Below, in pieces: positions 1 through 10,853 of a stretch of 64,000 bases of DNA. The translations under genes were made by a program, and so were the position numbers. The notes under the pieces are model-generated. The model was not told the origin of the DNA. It saw only the letters and a program-made list of their open reading frames with translations, and searched no databases. Positions within the stretch are counted from its first letter, which is position 1; each line of letters opens with the position of its first letter. This stretch comes from Candidatus Bathyarchaeia archaeon. GTDB lineage: Archaea; Thermoproteota; Bathyarchaeia; 40CM-2-53-6. The stretch spans positions 160,001 to 224,000 of the forward strand of contig JBEKFP010000002.1 in NCBI GenBank assembly GCA_050013255.1, given 5' to 3'.

Positions 1-1625
1 TGAACTGGGACAACTACATCTTGCGAACAATGATTCGAATGCTTCTGGCCTACGGGCTATCCGTAGCATTCGCCTTGGTTTACGGGATAACCGCCGCGAT
101 CAGCAGGCGGGCTGAGCAAGTGTTGATACCCATACTGGATGTTCTTCAATCGATTCCAGTATTGGGTTATCTGCCAGGTGCTATTGTTGTCTTTCTGACC
201 CTTTTCAATGGAAGCATTATTGGCCAAGAATTGGCGTCAGTAGTTCTCATTTTCACTGGCATGGTTTGGGCTGTAACCTTTGGTGTTTATGGTGGCGTCA
301 AGACGATTCCGAAAGACATTGTAGAAGCGGCGCGTAGCTTCGGAATCCGTCGATCAAAATACCTTAGGGACGTAGTCTTTCCCGCTCTCTATCCGCCGTT
401 CATTTCAGGTAGCATTCTCGCATGGGGGGGAGGATGGTACTTCCTGATCGCGTGTGAGTATCTTAGCTTCGGAACTACTAGGCCTTACACTCTTCCGGGC
501 TTGGGTTTCTATATTTTCAAAGCCGCTCTTGACGGCAACATTGCTGCGTCTCTTTTCGGGCTCCTCATTCTCATTGCAATTGTGGCACTCATTAATCGGT
601 TCGTCTGGCACCCGTTGATGGACCACGCTGACAAGTACAAGTACGAAAGCACAGCTCTACCCACTCATAGGAAGAGCCAATCACATCTCAGTCAGTGGCT
701 GCTGAGAAAATCGCGGGAGGTTTCCGAAGACCTTGCAAAGGTCGTTGAACCCGTCGTATCCTTAGAACACAAGTACTACGCGCACTCAATTCGTTTTCGG
801 CATGTGAACCTGCTTTCGCATGCGCATATAGGGGCGGCTTGGCACAAGTACAGCCGTTTTGGGCGTATTATCGGTACAGCAATAGGAATATTATTGGTGG
901 TACTATTTTTTGAGCTTCTCGTCCCACCGAAGTTTCCTGAAGCCATTCACCAATTTATGCTACGCCGAGAGCTTGCGATGATTCCGAACTATATGATAGG
1001 TTCAGTGGCACGATTGCTGGTGGGATACTTGATTGCACTCTCATGGACTCTTGTTGCTGGAATTGTCATAGCGAGAAGTGAAAGATTGTTCAACATCATG
1101 CTGCCAATCTTCGACATAGCTCAATCCGTTCCGGCGCTGGCCTTGTTTCCAGTTGTGGTCACGGTCGTGATTGACTATTTCCACGGCTCAGAGTTTGGCC
1201 TGGAATTAGCCTCAACCGTTTTGGTTTTGACTGGAATGCAATGGTATCTTTTGTTCAACATTATAGGCGCAGTCAAAGCTATTCCATCCGACGTGATTGA
1301 AGCCTCACGATGTTTCGGGGTTCGCGGACTCGGGTTCATTAAGAATATTGTAATTCCAGCAATCGTACCCGCAATAATCTTGGGGAGTATTCAGGCTTGG
1401 GGCGGGGGATGGAATGCGACAATAGCCTCGGAATACATCGTGACCTCAACCAAAATCTACCAAGTGCCGGGTCTAGGATACATGCTGGATGTCGCGGTCG
1501 CCAAAGGCGACACCCCCCTCGTGCTGGTCGCGGTCGGTTTGATGGCTGGCGTTGTTTTTCTAATGAACCGCACGGTGTGGCATTATTCGCTGAAACGGGT
1601 TAACAAATACAAGTTTGAGGGGTAG
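1..1625 (+). CDS. ABC transporter permease, NitT/TauT type, with two permease domains; start codon probably cut by the window edge
   Basis: Two hydrophobic halves, each with an EAA motif (IVEAARSFG; VIEASRCFG). Frame is open from nt 3. Followed by an ABC ATPase. Confidence 0.9.
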   Translation, partial: NWDNYILRTMIRMLLAYGLSVAFALVYGITAAISRRAEQVLIPILDVLQSIPVLGYLPGAIVVFLTLFNGSIIGQELASVVLIFTGMVWAVTFGVYGGVKTIPKDIVEAARSFGIRRSKYLRDVVFPALYPPFISGSILAWGGGWYFLIACEYLSFGTTRPYTLPGLGFYIFKAALDGNIAASLFGLLILIAIVALINRFVWHPLMDHADKYKYESTALPTHRKSQSHLSQWLLRKSREVSEDLAKVVEPVVSLEHKYYAHSIRFRHVNLLSHAHIGAAWHKYSRFGRIIGTAIGILLVVLFFELLVPPKFPEAIHQFMLRRELAMIPNYMIGSVARLLVGYLIALSWTLVAGIVIARSERLFNIMLPIFDIAQSVPALALFPVVVTVVIDYFHGSEFGLELASTVLVLTGMQWYLLFNIIGAVKAIPSDVIEASRCFGVRGLGFIKNIVIPAIVPAIILGSIQAWGGGWNATIASEYIVTSTKIYQVPGLGYMLDVAVAKGDTPLVLVAVGLMAGVVFLMNRTVWHYSLKRVNKYKFEG

Positions 1626-1628
1626 ACA

Positions 1629-2417
1629 ATGGCTGCCTCCGCGGTCCTGCAAATTCAAGAAGTTTCAAAGATTTTCGAGGCAGGTGACCATAATGTCCAG
1701 GCGCTAGATTCAGTTTCATTTGATGTTTACCCGCATGAGTTTCTCTGCATTGTCGGACCGTCTGGATGTGGGAAGTCGACACTGCTGAGGATTCTTGACG
1801 GCCTGGATTATGCAACCTCCGGGCGAGTCTTATTCAAGAGCGAACCCATAACGTCACCTTCCCCGAAGCTATCCATGATCTTCCAAACCTTTGCCCTGCT
1901 ACCTTGGAAAAATGTACGAGAAAACATTGAATTGGGATTAGATGCCCAGGGAGTTGGCGCTCAGGAAAGGCGCGAGCGAACGGCCAGGTACATCGAATCA
2001 GTCGGCCTAAGCGGTTTTGAGGGCGCGTATCCTCGCGAGCTATCGGGCGGGATGAAGCAGAGGGTGGGTATCGCCCGAGCACTGGCAGTCGAGCCCGAGG
2101 TTCTCTTGATGGATGAACCCTTCTCATCTCTAGATGAATTGACGGCAGACACATTACGGCGTGAGGTCCTTGAAATTTGGCGCGAACCAACCAAAGTTAC
2201 GGACACATTCATAATGGTGACCCATAATGTTCACGAGGCAGTATTTATGGCGGATAGAGTCATCATCCTGCGTGCAAGGCCAGGAAAGCTTGTTGCGGAC
2301 TTGGTTATTGACTTACCCCGGCCTCGTGAGAAGTATGCCCACACTGAAGGCTTCTACAAATACGAACAGGAAATAATCTCATTAATCGAGAAAAATTCGG
2401 GACCCACACCAACCTAG
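1629..2417 (+). CDS. ABC transporter ATP-binding subunit (TauB/NrtD-like)
   Basis: [26 protein letters not shown] motifs. Confidence 0.95.
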   Translation: MAASAVLQIQEVSKIFEAGDHNVQALDSVSFDVYPHEFLCIVGPSGCGKSTLLRILDGLDYATSGRVLFKSEPITSPSPKLSMIFQTFALLPWKNVRENIELGLDAQGVGAQERRERTARYIESVGLSGFEGAYPRELSGGMKQRVGIARALAVEPEVLLMDEPFSSLDELTADTLRREVLEIWREPTKVTDTFIMVTHNVHEAVFMADRVIILRARPGKLVADLVIDLPRPREKYAHTEGFYKYEQEIISLIEKNSGPTPT

Positions 2418-2440
2418 CCGAGAAGAAGGTTTCAATTCAG

Positions 2441-3475
2441 TCAATCCGAGGTTGCACCTAGAGCTTTGTACCCGTAATGGTATGCGGCTATTCCTGTTAC
2501 TGGAAGGTCAAGCCAAAAGGTCACAATTCTTGACAGGAGTGCTGCTGAGGCTGCGACGGCAACAGGAACTCCGAACAAAGACAGTGAGGCAGTGATTGCG
2601 GTCTCATAGATCCCAAGCATTCCAGGAACCGCAATAGGCGTCATCTGAATCATTTTACCAATTGCCATGGTAACTAGCACGACCCAAAGGGAAACAGAAG
2701 AGCTGACGGCTACAAGAACAACCCAGAGTATCAACACTGAGCACGCCCAGTCGCCTAGGCTCGCCGCGAACGAAGCCGCAACGTGTGTCCTTGAAGAGAG
2801 CATCCCTCGAAAGGCGATGTGGTAATCATTCAAGAATTGGCCCGCCTTTCCGTTCATCCTTCCCTGTTTTTGCACGATTTTGATTACGGGCTGAACCAGT
2901 CTAAGCGCGCGATCCAAGAGTGGCTGCATTATCTTCGGATTCAGGGAAAGAAAGAGTGAGGCGATTAGCCCTGCCACTGCAAGTACTGGCAATGCAGCTA
3001 GCTGAAAAATCACTGAAGTCGTTACGCGGCCTCCTAAGATGAGGACCACGAAGGCAAGGGATGTGCTTGCTAGAAAACCGACGATGTAGAGAACTCGGTG
3101 CAAGACAACTGTGGCAGTAGATTCTCCCAGCGTCATCCCAGACTCCTTCGAGGCCAGGATGCATCTTACTGCTTCAAGGAAGATGCCGCTCGGCATAGTG
3201 TAGCTCGCGAAAATGCTCGCGAACGTAATTCCCTGGCAAGTGAGAAACGGCAGTCTGGAACCCGTAGACCGGATTAGGGCATACCACGCGGTCGCATAGA
3301 AGGTAAAGCCAAGAAGTTGAATTCCAACCATCGCCAGAATTATGGTAGGGTTAACTTGGAGAAGTACGCGGACAAGGGAGTCGAGACCGACAAAATAAAT
3401 GAAAGCCACCAGAACCGATATCCCTACCGCCAAGCTGGCAAGCCTCGTGATTCTCCCTCTGTTGATGGGCTGCAC
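2441..3475 (-). CDS. Flippase-like membrane protein (UPF0104 / lysylphosphatidylglycerol synthase TM family)
   Basis: Multi-TM protein; 'YTMPSG...E' and 'PIAVPGMLGIYE...LLSRIVTFW' patterns. Confidence 0.8.
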   Translation of the reverse strand: MQPINRGRITRLASLAVGISVLVAFIYFVGLDSLVRVLLQVNPTIILAMVGIQLLGFTFYATAWYALIRSTGSRLPFLTCQGITFASIFASYTMPSGIFLEAVRCILASKESGMTLGESTATVVLHRVLYIVGFLASTSLAFVVLILGGRVTTSVIFQLAALPVLAVAGLIASLFLSLNPKIMQPLLDRALRLVQPVIKIVQKQGRMNGKAGQFLNDYHIAFRGMLSSRTHVAASFAASLGDWACSVLILWVVLVAVSSSVSLWVVLVTMAIGKMIQMTPIAVPGMLGIYETAITASLSLFGVPVAVAASAALLSRIVTFWLDLPVTGIAAYHYGYKALGATSD

Positions 3476-4254
3476 CTCCGATACTGCCTACAAACTACGA
3501 AACAGGCCAGTCGAATCCTGTAAGCATGGAATTCACACTTATATTCAGTCGCAACTGTAGTGCTTCATGTTTAGCTGAAAACGTTTCATTTTGAGCCCAT
3601 TCCACCATTGTCTTCTAGACGAAACAAAAAACGTTGAGTTCACAGAACGGTTCAAGCATCGCGAAAGTTGAAGAGCCATTCTCCGACATCCCTCAACTCC
3701 TCCGATCGGTCGCAACTCTCGTAGCGATACCCTGCCCGCCTCAAGACTTCGGCGAAACTTCGCTTGCTCTCGACGCCGTTTTCGGGTTTATAGTTCACAG
3801 GGCCCCGGATGTTTGCATGTTTCGCTTAGTTCACAGTGCTTTGGCGGCCTGAGCAGGGCCGATCGTACGGGCCTGCTTCATTCCACATACCCGCGGCCCG
3901 GGTGTAGTAGAGTGCCAGTGAATTGTTGCCTTGATTACGTTCTCTTGACGCACTTATGGGAGTAGATTCGCACACTGGATCCAGTTGTTCTGCAGCTTCC
4001 CTACTTCAGACTTAATGACAGACAGACAATGGAACGCCGTGCTTTTCGAACATAGGTTGGTTTCCAAGAAACACGGACACACTCATTATTCAGGCCACGC
4101 AAGAATATGAAACAAAAAGGAAGGCAAGATAGCTAGCGCAAGAGTTGAGGGAATGCTAAGCCTGCACAAGCATTATCGCTACCCGTCTAGCACATTTCTT
4201 AAATTCTTAAGACTGGAACTAACTTCGAAGCTCGCGTCAACGAGGAGTCGAAAA

Positions 4255-5496
4255 ATGGACGATGAGACAATTCAGAGAGAATATGATCGCATTCTGGAAT
4301 ATGCTCGCGCTCATTATGCGAACGAAAGTGATTTGATTTCACAATCAACGGAGTGCCAGAAATCGTCCTACAGAATGATGTTCCAGAACGTCCTCGATCG
4401 GATTCCATTGTCGTTAAAGGAAAAAACGGTTGCAGACTTTGGTTGCAAGTACGGACACCTACTTCCCCTGCTGTTCAAGGTAGGCGTCAGAAAGGTTATC
4501 GGAATAGAAGCCCTGGATCAATTCATACGCATTGCAAGAGATCTGTTCAAAGGATATGGCGAACGTGTGGAATTCGTGAAATGTGAGCGTGGATATATCC
4601 CGCTGCAACCAGAGACCGTAGACGTAGTCATAATGAACGAGGTTATTTCACATGTCAATCCAACGTACATACCGGTTGCATATTCCGAGACTGCGCGGAT
4701 CTTGACTGTCGGGGGCATGCTGTTCGTTTCTGATGGCAACAATTCAGCCTATCCCGAGCGTCAGTCCGCTCTAGTTTCATTGTATGATGCAATTGAAAAT
4801 GGGCCGGAAGGCACACGATTGGATTGCGGAGCGACTGTTCAAGTTTCCTTTGTGAATCAGAGGAAAGCAATGATTCGATCACGTTATCCTAGCATGGAGG
4901 ACAAGAAAGCTGAGTACTTGGCAAAGAATACTTCTGGCCTGTTTGGCGATTACCTCTGTGATGTCATAGACCACTTTGCGCGGACAGGAGAATTGATACG
5001 TCGTCCCCACCGCCGGGGAATCCCGCCTACCTATCCCGATACGGGGCAAGTCGAAGAAAGAGGATTCTACCCTGAACAGGTTGAGTTCGAGTTGATGAAG
5101 TATGGGTTTGAATGCAAGATATTGGATAAGCCCTGCCGGCCCCCCGGTGAGCGAGTTCTTCTGGATAATGCTAGACTAGAACCTGCCAGCGGGTACGGAA
5201 AATATGCGTATCAGCTTCCTATCCCAAATGAGTATCCAATCCAGCAAAAACCTCCCACAATCCTTCTCGAGGGTGGCCATGCTTTACCACATAGCAATGT
5301 CGCAGCTGTGGATATTGCTGAGATGGGAGGTGGGCGCTATTGCATATGGTTCCCCAATGGTTCGATCTACCTCTCAGCTTCGGACAATACAGATCCGCGC
5401 AGGAACGGGCGCAAGTATGAGCTCTATTGGACTACTCAAGATATGTTGCCGTATGCACGTCCAGGATTTCAAATCGCTGCAGTGAAAACACATTAG
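4255..5496 (+). CDS. Class I SAM-dependent methyltransferase with an extra C-terminal domain
   Basis: Motif I VADFGCKYG and VISHV. ATG 4255 preferred over track start 4153. Confidence 0.8.
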   Translation: MDDETIQREYDRILEYARAHYANESDLISQSTECQKSSYRMMFQNVLDRIPLSLKEKTVADFGCKYGHLLPLLFKVGVRKVIGIEALDQFIRIARDLFKGYGERVEFVKCERGYIPLQPETVDVVIMNEVISHVNPTYIPVAYSETARILTVGGMLFVSDGNNSAYPERQSALVSLYDAIENGPEGTRLDCGATVQVSFVNQRKAMIRSRYPSMEDKKAEYLAKNTSGLFGDYLCDVIDHFARTGELIRRPHRRGIPPTYPDTGQVEERGFYPEQVEFELMKYGFECKILDKPCRPPGERVLLDNARLEPASGYGKYAYQLPIPNEYPIQQKPPTILLEGGHALPHSNVAAVDIAEMGGGRYCIWFPNGSIYLSASDNTDPRRNGRKYELYWTTQDMLPYARPGFQIAAVKTH

Positions 5497-5943
5497 CACT
5501 ACGCGTGAAGGTTGTTTTACACCGGTGACACAATTTCTTCTGAGCGGCCTTCTCCCTGCTTTTTCCTAGAGCCCCCTAATTCAATCGAGTCTCTCAAAGA
5601 CTGCTTGAGATCTCTAGGATGGTATCAGATGCTCGTTGACAACAGGTGCGACGAAGTTGACACGAAGTTTGACAAATTGACACTCAGTGTGGCAATCGAC
5701 ACTATGAACCGCATCGCCCGTACCAAGCGCGCCTGATAGGTGAACCCGAACTTGTTGAACATGTGGCGATGGGCTGGGAAGTCGTACGAGAACTACAAAA
5801 CGGACAAGTACTCATTAGAAAACCATCATAACTTTCTCCTAGCCGGTGGAGAAATGCAAGATAATGTGCACTATAGATACGTGTACTTATATTCATGCAA
5901 TACCGCGCATGGCAATCCGTATACCACTTTGGGGTAACGTTGC

Positions 5944-7659
5944 GTGGCAGAAACACTGAGCTATGATGTAGTAATAGTCGGCTCGGGCTTAGCGGGGCTA
6001 CGCGCCGCCATCGAAGCTGCTCGTGTTTCGAAGGGCAGATGTAGTGTGGCTGTGTTAACTAAGGTTCAGGCGATGCGATCCCACTCAGTATCTGCGGAGG
6101 GTGGCACTGCGGCCGTCCTGTACCCGGACAAAGGGGATACATTCGAATCCCACATATACGACACGATAAAGGGCAGCGACTTTCTCGCGGACCAGGATGC
6201 TGTCGAATTCTTCGTGAATGCTATGCCCGCTGAGATCTACATGCTTGAACATTGGGGTATGCCTTGGTCGAGAACCGATGATGGCCGAATAGCCCAACGC
6301 AACTTCGGCGGATACAGCTTTCCGCGCGCTACCTTCGCGGCCGACCGAGTAGGTTTCTTTGAGATGCAGACACTCTACGACACAACTCGCAAGTTCGAAA
6401 GCATCCACTTTTTCCAAGAATGGTACGTGACCTCACTCATTGTGGACAACGGCGTATTCAGGGGTGTCACCGCAATTGATTTGAAGACTGGTGAATTCCA
6501 TGCTTTCAATGCGAAAGCCGGCATTATTGCAACTGGCGGAGCCGGGAGACTCTACAAGTTTGCGACCTATGGATACTCATCTACTCCCGACGGCCTCTCG
6601 CTTGTATACAGGGCCGGTGCGCCGATCGAGGACATGGAGTTCGTCCAGTTTCACCCGACCGGCCTGATCCCTTCAGGTGTTCTAATCACGGAGGGCGCAC
6701 GCGGAGACGGCGCCATCCTCCTCAATGGTAAAGGAGAGCGTTTCATGAAAAAGTACGCACCTGAAAAGATGGACCTGGCTTCCAGGGATGTCGTTTCTAG
6801 GGCAATTATCACTGAAATTCAAGAAGGGCGAGGATTAACGGATCCGGTAAGCGGAATGGATTACTTGCTCCTAGACTTGCGTCACCTGGGGGCTGAGAAA
6901 ATCAAGGAACGACTTTCAGGCATTAGAGAGATTGCCATCAAGTTCAAAGGCATAGACCCAATTGACGAGCCCTTGCCAATCCGCCCGGTTTGCCATTACA
7001 CGATGGGTGGAATCAAAACCGACATGAAAGCTCAAACCCCAATCACTGCCCTCTGGGCCGCAGGGGAAGCCGCTTGTGTAAGCATTAACGGAGCCAACCG
7101 CTTAGGTGCCAATTCAACCGCCGAATGTTTGGTCTTCGGTGCACAGGCTGGCGCAAATGCAGCCCAATACGCTTTGGAACAGCCTTCCCACGACTTGAAT
7201 CAGCAGCCAGTAGCCGCTGAGGAGAAGCGGCTATTTGATGGAATCTTCCATGGCAGCGGAGGCGAAAACCCGTATGAGGTTCACAACGAAGTGCAGGCGA
7301 TCATGGACAAGTATGCATATGTTTACCGAACAGGCGAAGGATTGGGAGAGGGATTGAGGCAACTCCGTGAACTTCACAATAGATCTTTTCGGCACGTCGA
7401 CGACCAGGCGAAGGAGTACAACACCAATTTCATCAACGTCCTCGAACTTGAGGCAATGTTTGAGGTCGCTGAAATCGTCCTCGCTGGAGGCTTGGGGAGG
7501 ACAGAGTCGCGCGGCGCCCATTCGCGAATAGATTATCCCAAGCGGGATGATGCTAATTGGCTCAAGCACAGCTTGTGCTACTACACCCCAGATGGGCCAC
7601 GCATCGATTACGCTCCAGTAACAATTACCAGATACACACCGACGGAACGACATTATTAG
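5944..7659 (+). CDS. sdhA: Succinate dehydrogenase/fumarate reductase flavoprotein
   Basis: GSGLAG, RSHSVSAEGG (covalent FAD His), QFHPT, HYTMGG, GANRLGANS, ESRGAH. Confidence 0.97.
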   Translation: MAETLSYDVVIVGSGLAGLRAAIEAARVSKGRCSVAVLTKVQAMRSHSVSAEGGTAAVLYPDKGDTFESHIYDTIKGSDFLADQDAVEFFVNAMPAEIYMLEHWGMPWSRTDDGRIAQRNFGGYSFPRATFAADRVGFFEMQTLYDTTRKFESIHFFQEWYVTSLIVDNGVFRGVTAIDLKTGEFHAFNAKAGIIATGGAGRLYKFATYGYSSTPDGLSLVYRAGAPIEDMEFVQFHPTGLIPSGVLITEGARGDGAILLNGKGERFMKKYAPEKMDLASRDVVSRAIITEIQEGRGLTDPVSGMDYLLLDLRHLGAEKIKERLSGIREIAIKFKGIDPIDEPLPIRPVCHYTMGGIKTDMKAQTPITALWAAGEAACVSINGANRLGANSTAECLVFGAQAGANAAQYALEQPSHDLNQQPVAAEEKRLFDGIFHGSGGENPYEVHNEVQAIMDKYAYVYRTGEGLGEGLRQLRELHNRSFRHVDDQAKEYNTNFINVLELEAMFEVAEIVLAGGLGRTESRGAHSRIDYPKRDDANWLKHSLCYYTPDGPRIDYAPVTITRYTPTERHY

Positions 7660-7662
7660 AAA

Positions 7663-8451
7663 GTGGTGAGAGGAACGACCACTCAACGAACGGAAAAAAT
7701 AAGCTTACGGGTTCTACGTGCAAACCCGGCGCAGCAAATCCAACGCCACTACGACATGTTTCAAATCCCGCCAGAACCTGGCATGACCGTGCTCGCTGCT
7801 CTTCTATATGCGAAAGAGCAAATGGATCATTCGCTCGCGATTCGTTTCTCTTGCAGGATGGCTTCTTGCGGCTCATGCGGTATGAAAATAAACGGCCTAC
7901 CAAGATTAGCATGCTACACGCAGGTATCTGATTTCGGGAACTCACCAATTACGGTTGAGCCCCTTGACCACTACCCGCTCGTGCGCGACCTTGTTACAGA
8001 CTTTCACGGTTTCTTTTCGACACACCAGTCAGTGAAGCCATTCCTTGTCAGACGAGATGTCGCAGAGCAAGAGACGTATGAATCGGAATATTCGCAAAGT
8101 CAGCGGGAATTGGACAACTTTCTCCAGTTCTCATACTGCATAAAGTGCGGTCTCTGCAACGCCGCATGCCCCACGGTGGCCACAGACCCACTCTTCACGG
8201 GACCACAAGCGTTAGGCCAAGCATACAGGTACACTGCAGATTCCCGAGATGAAGGCGGAAATGCCCGATTGAATGTCATTGACCAGGAGCACGGGGTTTG
8301 GAGATGCCACTTTGCAGGCGCATGCAGCTTCGTATGTCCAAAGGGCGTAGACCCTGCTCTGGCCATTCAGAGGCTAAGAAGACTCGTGGTCACGCCCTCC
8401 GGAGCAAAGAGAGCGGGCGGACCATTGATGCCAAAACACACAGTGCAGTAG
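7663..8451 (+). CDS. sdhB: Succinate dehydrogenase iron-sulfur subunit
   Basis: CRMASCGSC...C; CIKCGLCNAACP; CHFAGACSFVCP. Confidence 0.96.
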   Translation: MVRGTTTQRTEKISLRVLRANPAQQIQRHYDMFQIPPEPGMTVLAALLYAKEQMDHSLAIRFSCRMASCGSCGMKINGLPRLACYTQVSDFGNSPITVEPLDHYPLVRDLVTDFHGFFSTHQSVKPFLVRRDVAEQETYESEYSQSQRELDNFLQFSYCIKCGLCNAACPTVATDPLFTGPQALGQAYRYTADSRDEGGNARLNVIDQEHGVWRCHFAGACSFVCPKGVDPALAIQRLRRLVVTPSGAKRAGGPLMPKHTVQ

Positions 8452-8511
8452 CCGTGAACAGGTTTGGGAATTGATTCGGCATTTCTCAAGAAGGACAACA
8501 GGCTCCTCAGC

Positions 8512-8640
8512 ATGAACCTTAAGTGTGCCACATGCGGCACAAAGGTCGAGGTTTTTGTTAACGCGATCTCTTCAGCGGCCGACGTCTGGCCCTTCTGCGC
8601 GAAATGCGGCACCTACGTAGATGTCATTCCCAACGATTGA
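8512..8640 (+). CDS. Small zinc-ribbon protein (42 aa; 58 aa if TTG 8464); not in ORF track
   Basis: Hand translation MNLKCATCGTKVEVFVNAISSAADVWPFCAKCGTYVDVIPND; two CxxCG knuckles. Confidence 0.6.
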   Translation: MNLKCATCGTKVEVFVNAISSAADVWPFCAKCGTYVDVIPND

Positions 8641-8900
8641 TTATTTTCAGAATTTCTATTCTTTCCCGTTCCCCACTTCGCCTTTCGGCCTTCGCTATGA
8701 ATGCTCATGTATTCGAACATAGCCTCCTCTACCCATTTGTCAGGCCTGTAGACCACGACATTACTGCCGCATCCTCCGCAACGCCACTTCACTTTATCTG
8801 GATACAACGGAAAGTTTGAAACAATCAAGTTATCATGCTGGCATGATATGCAAGTCCAACGCATAATCCGTCCATCAGGAGAGATGGCGAAGTTTTCCAT
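8613..8900 (-). CDS. Small zinc-ribbon protein
   Basis: CISC...CGGCG. Confidence 0.55.
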   Translation of the reverse strand: MENFAISPDGRIMRWTCISCQHDNLIVSNFPLYPDKVKWRCGGCGSNVVVYRPDKWVEEAMFEYMSIHSEGRKAKWGTGKNRNSENNQSLGMTST

Positions 8901-8975
8901 AGCTAATACGGCAACTGAGAGTAACTTTAAGGAAGTGCTGGAAAAGATGTTGAGAGTAGACCGAAAGTAAGTGGA

Positions 8976-10766
8976 GTGTTCCCGAACAAGGCTGGAAGTT
9001 TAGGCTTGGAAGGCATCGACAAATACGAACTTCTATCCGATCTGGCTAAGCGGCGAGGTTTCTTCTGGCCCTCATACGAAATCTATGGTGGCGTAAGCGG
9101 GTATCTTGACCTAGGTCCTTTAGGGGCGAAGCTGAAGAGGCGTATAGAGGACAAGTGGCTGGACCTCTTCGTCTACCAGCACGGATTCGTAGCGATATCC
9201 ACTCCTGTAATAACCCCTGAGAAAGTCTTCGCGGCTTCCGGGCATTTAGAACACTTCAAAGACTTGATGGTCAGTTGCGAGGAATGCAAGAGGCATTTCA
9301 AAGCTGACTACGTTATCACTGAGGCAATGCCCGGGCGGACCGACCTCGCGGTTGAAGCCATGTCAGTAGCAGAGACAGATGCATTCATCGAGGAGAATCA
9401 CATTCGTTGCCCGGAATGCGGCGGAAAGCTGGGCCGAGCGGAATACTTCTCCACCATGTTCAAAACCAATATCGGGCCCTATGGCGATGTACCAGGCTAC
9501 GGTAGGCCAGAGGCCGCGCAAGGAATCTTTGTTGATTTCAAACGCGTCTACGAAACCAGCCGAGAACGGCTACCGCTCGGCATTGCACAGATAGGCACAG
9601 TTATGCGCAATGAAATTTCACCGAGGCAAGGCCCAATAAGGCTACGAGAGTTCACAATTATGGAAATGGAATTTTTCTTCGACCCCGAAGAAAGTGAATG
9701 CAAATACCTGAGTGCTGTAAATGTGGAATTACCGCTCTACCTCGCGAAAACACGCGAGCAACATAGCACCGATCTAACTCGCGTAAACGCCCATGAAGCC
9801 GTAAAACGGGGGTTCGTTCTAACAGAATGGTCCGCCTATTTCATGGCGTTGTCGGTAAAATTTGTGAGTTCACTTGGAATACCGCCGGACAAGCAAAGGT
9901 TCGAAGAAAAGTTACCAGCAGAACGTTCTCACTACTCAAGTCAAACCTTTGACCATCAGATCTGGCTCGACAGGTGGGGCTGGGTGGAAATAGCTGGCCA
10001 CGCATACCGAACAGACTTTGACTTGTCCGCACACACGAAGTCCTCAGGCGTTGACTTGTCAATTTTCAAGCCTTACGCGGCCCCCGTCGAGAAAAAAGCA
10101 ACAGTGATTGTTCCTCTCGAATCAGTTCTAGGCCCGTTGTTGCGGGAGAAAGCGAAGGCGGTGATTAGCGCCTTGATTTCGAGCAAACCAGAAGAAGTGA
10201 AGGCGGCCTTCGAAAAGTCCGGCCACTTTGATGTACAAGGCTTCAAAATCCTGCCGTCACATGTGCGCTTCGAAGAACGTTCATTACGCGAAGCGGGTAG
10301 GAGATTCTTGCCGCACGTTGTCGAACCAAGTTTTGGCGCGGAGAGAGTAGTATACTCAGCTTTGGAATATTCATACAACCGCGTGAAAGATCGCGTGGTT
10401 CTGAAGCTTCCAGTCGACCTTGCTCCCACGCAAATGACCGTATTCCCATTGATGGCGAAAGATGGCCTCGCAGAACTCTCCCAAAGCATAAGGGAGTTCC
10501 TACTCGGGCAGGGATTCGAAGTTGAGTATGATGAAAGCGGAACTATTGGAAGGCGTTACGCCCGGGCCGACGAAGTCGGCGTCCCATTATCAATTACAGT
10601 TGATTATCAGACCAAGGAAAACGGGACAGTTACGCTTAGAGATAGAGATAGCTGGCAACAGGTCCGAATCGAGTGGAGAGCAATACCTGAACTCGGACGA
10701 CAGTTCCTCCGAGGGAAGCTGACTTTCACGGAGCTCGGGACGCCTGTAAAGGTCGCTTACGAGTAA
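8976..10766 (+). CDS. glyS: Glycine--tRNA ligase (archaeal/eukaryotic alpha2 type); real start may be TTG ~9007
   Basis: KRRGFF..SYEIYGG, RPEAAQG, RNEISPR, HVVEPSFG, IGRRYARADE. Confidence 0.97.
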   Translation: MFPNKAGSLGLEGIDKYELLSDLAKRRGFFWPSYEIYGGVSGYLDLGPLGAKLKRRIEDKWLDLFVYQHGFVAISTPVITPEKVFAASGHLEHFKDLMVSCEECKRHFKADYVITEAMPGRTDLAVEAMSVAETDAFIEENHIRCPECGGKLGRAEYFSTMFKTNIGPYGDVPGYGRPEAAQGIFVDFKRVYETSRERLPLGIAQIGTVMRNEISPRQGPIRLREFTIMEMEFFFDPEESECKYLSAVNVELPLYLAKTREQHSTDLTRVNAHEAVKRGFVLTEWSAYFMALSVKFVSSLGIPPDKQRFEEKLPAERSHYSSQTFDHQIWLDRWGWVEIAGHAYRTDFDLSAHTKSSGVDLSIFKPYAAPVEKKATVIVPLESVLGPLLREKAKAVISALISSKPEEVKAAFEKSGHFDVQGFKILPSHVRFEERSLREAGRRFLPHVVEPSFGAERVVYSALEYSYNRVKDRVVLKLPVDLAPTQMTVFPLMAKDGLAELSQSIREFLLGQGFEVEYDESGTIGRRYARADEVGVPLSITVDYQTKENGTVTLRDRDSWQQVRIEWRAIPELGRQFLRGKLTFTELGTPVKVAYE

Positions 10767-10853
10767 TCCGCCCCCAGGCGATGAAGATTGGGCTATGGTT
10801 TAATTCCTCAACCACTCTATTGGTCATAGGAACCTCGCGGAGATGCAATTAGC

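Noticed and set aside
3851-3910. GC hairpins as possible tRNA, SRP or H/ACA RNA
   Set aside because: No T-loop or cloverleaf, SRP helix-8 motif or clear ACA/K-turn could be assembled.
5740-5937. 65-aa ORF just upstream of sdhA as a possible sdhC/D
   Set aside because: Hydrophilic, with no TM helices or heme-ligand pattern; coding status unsupported.
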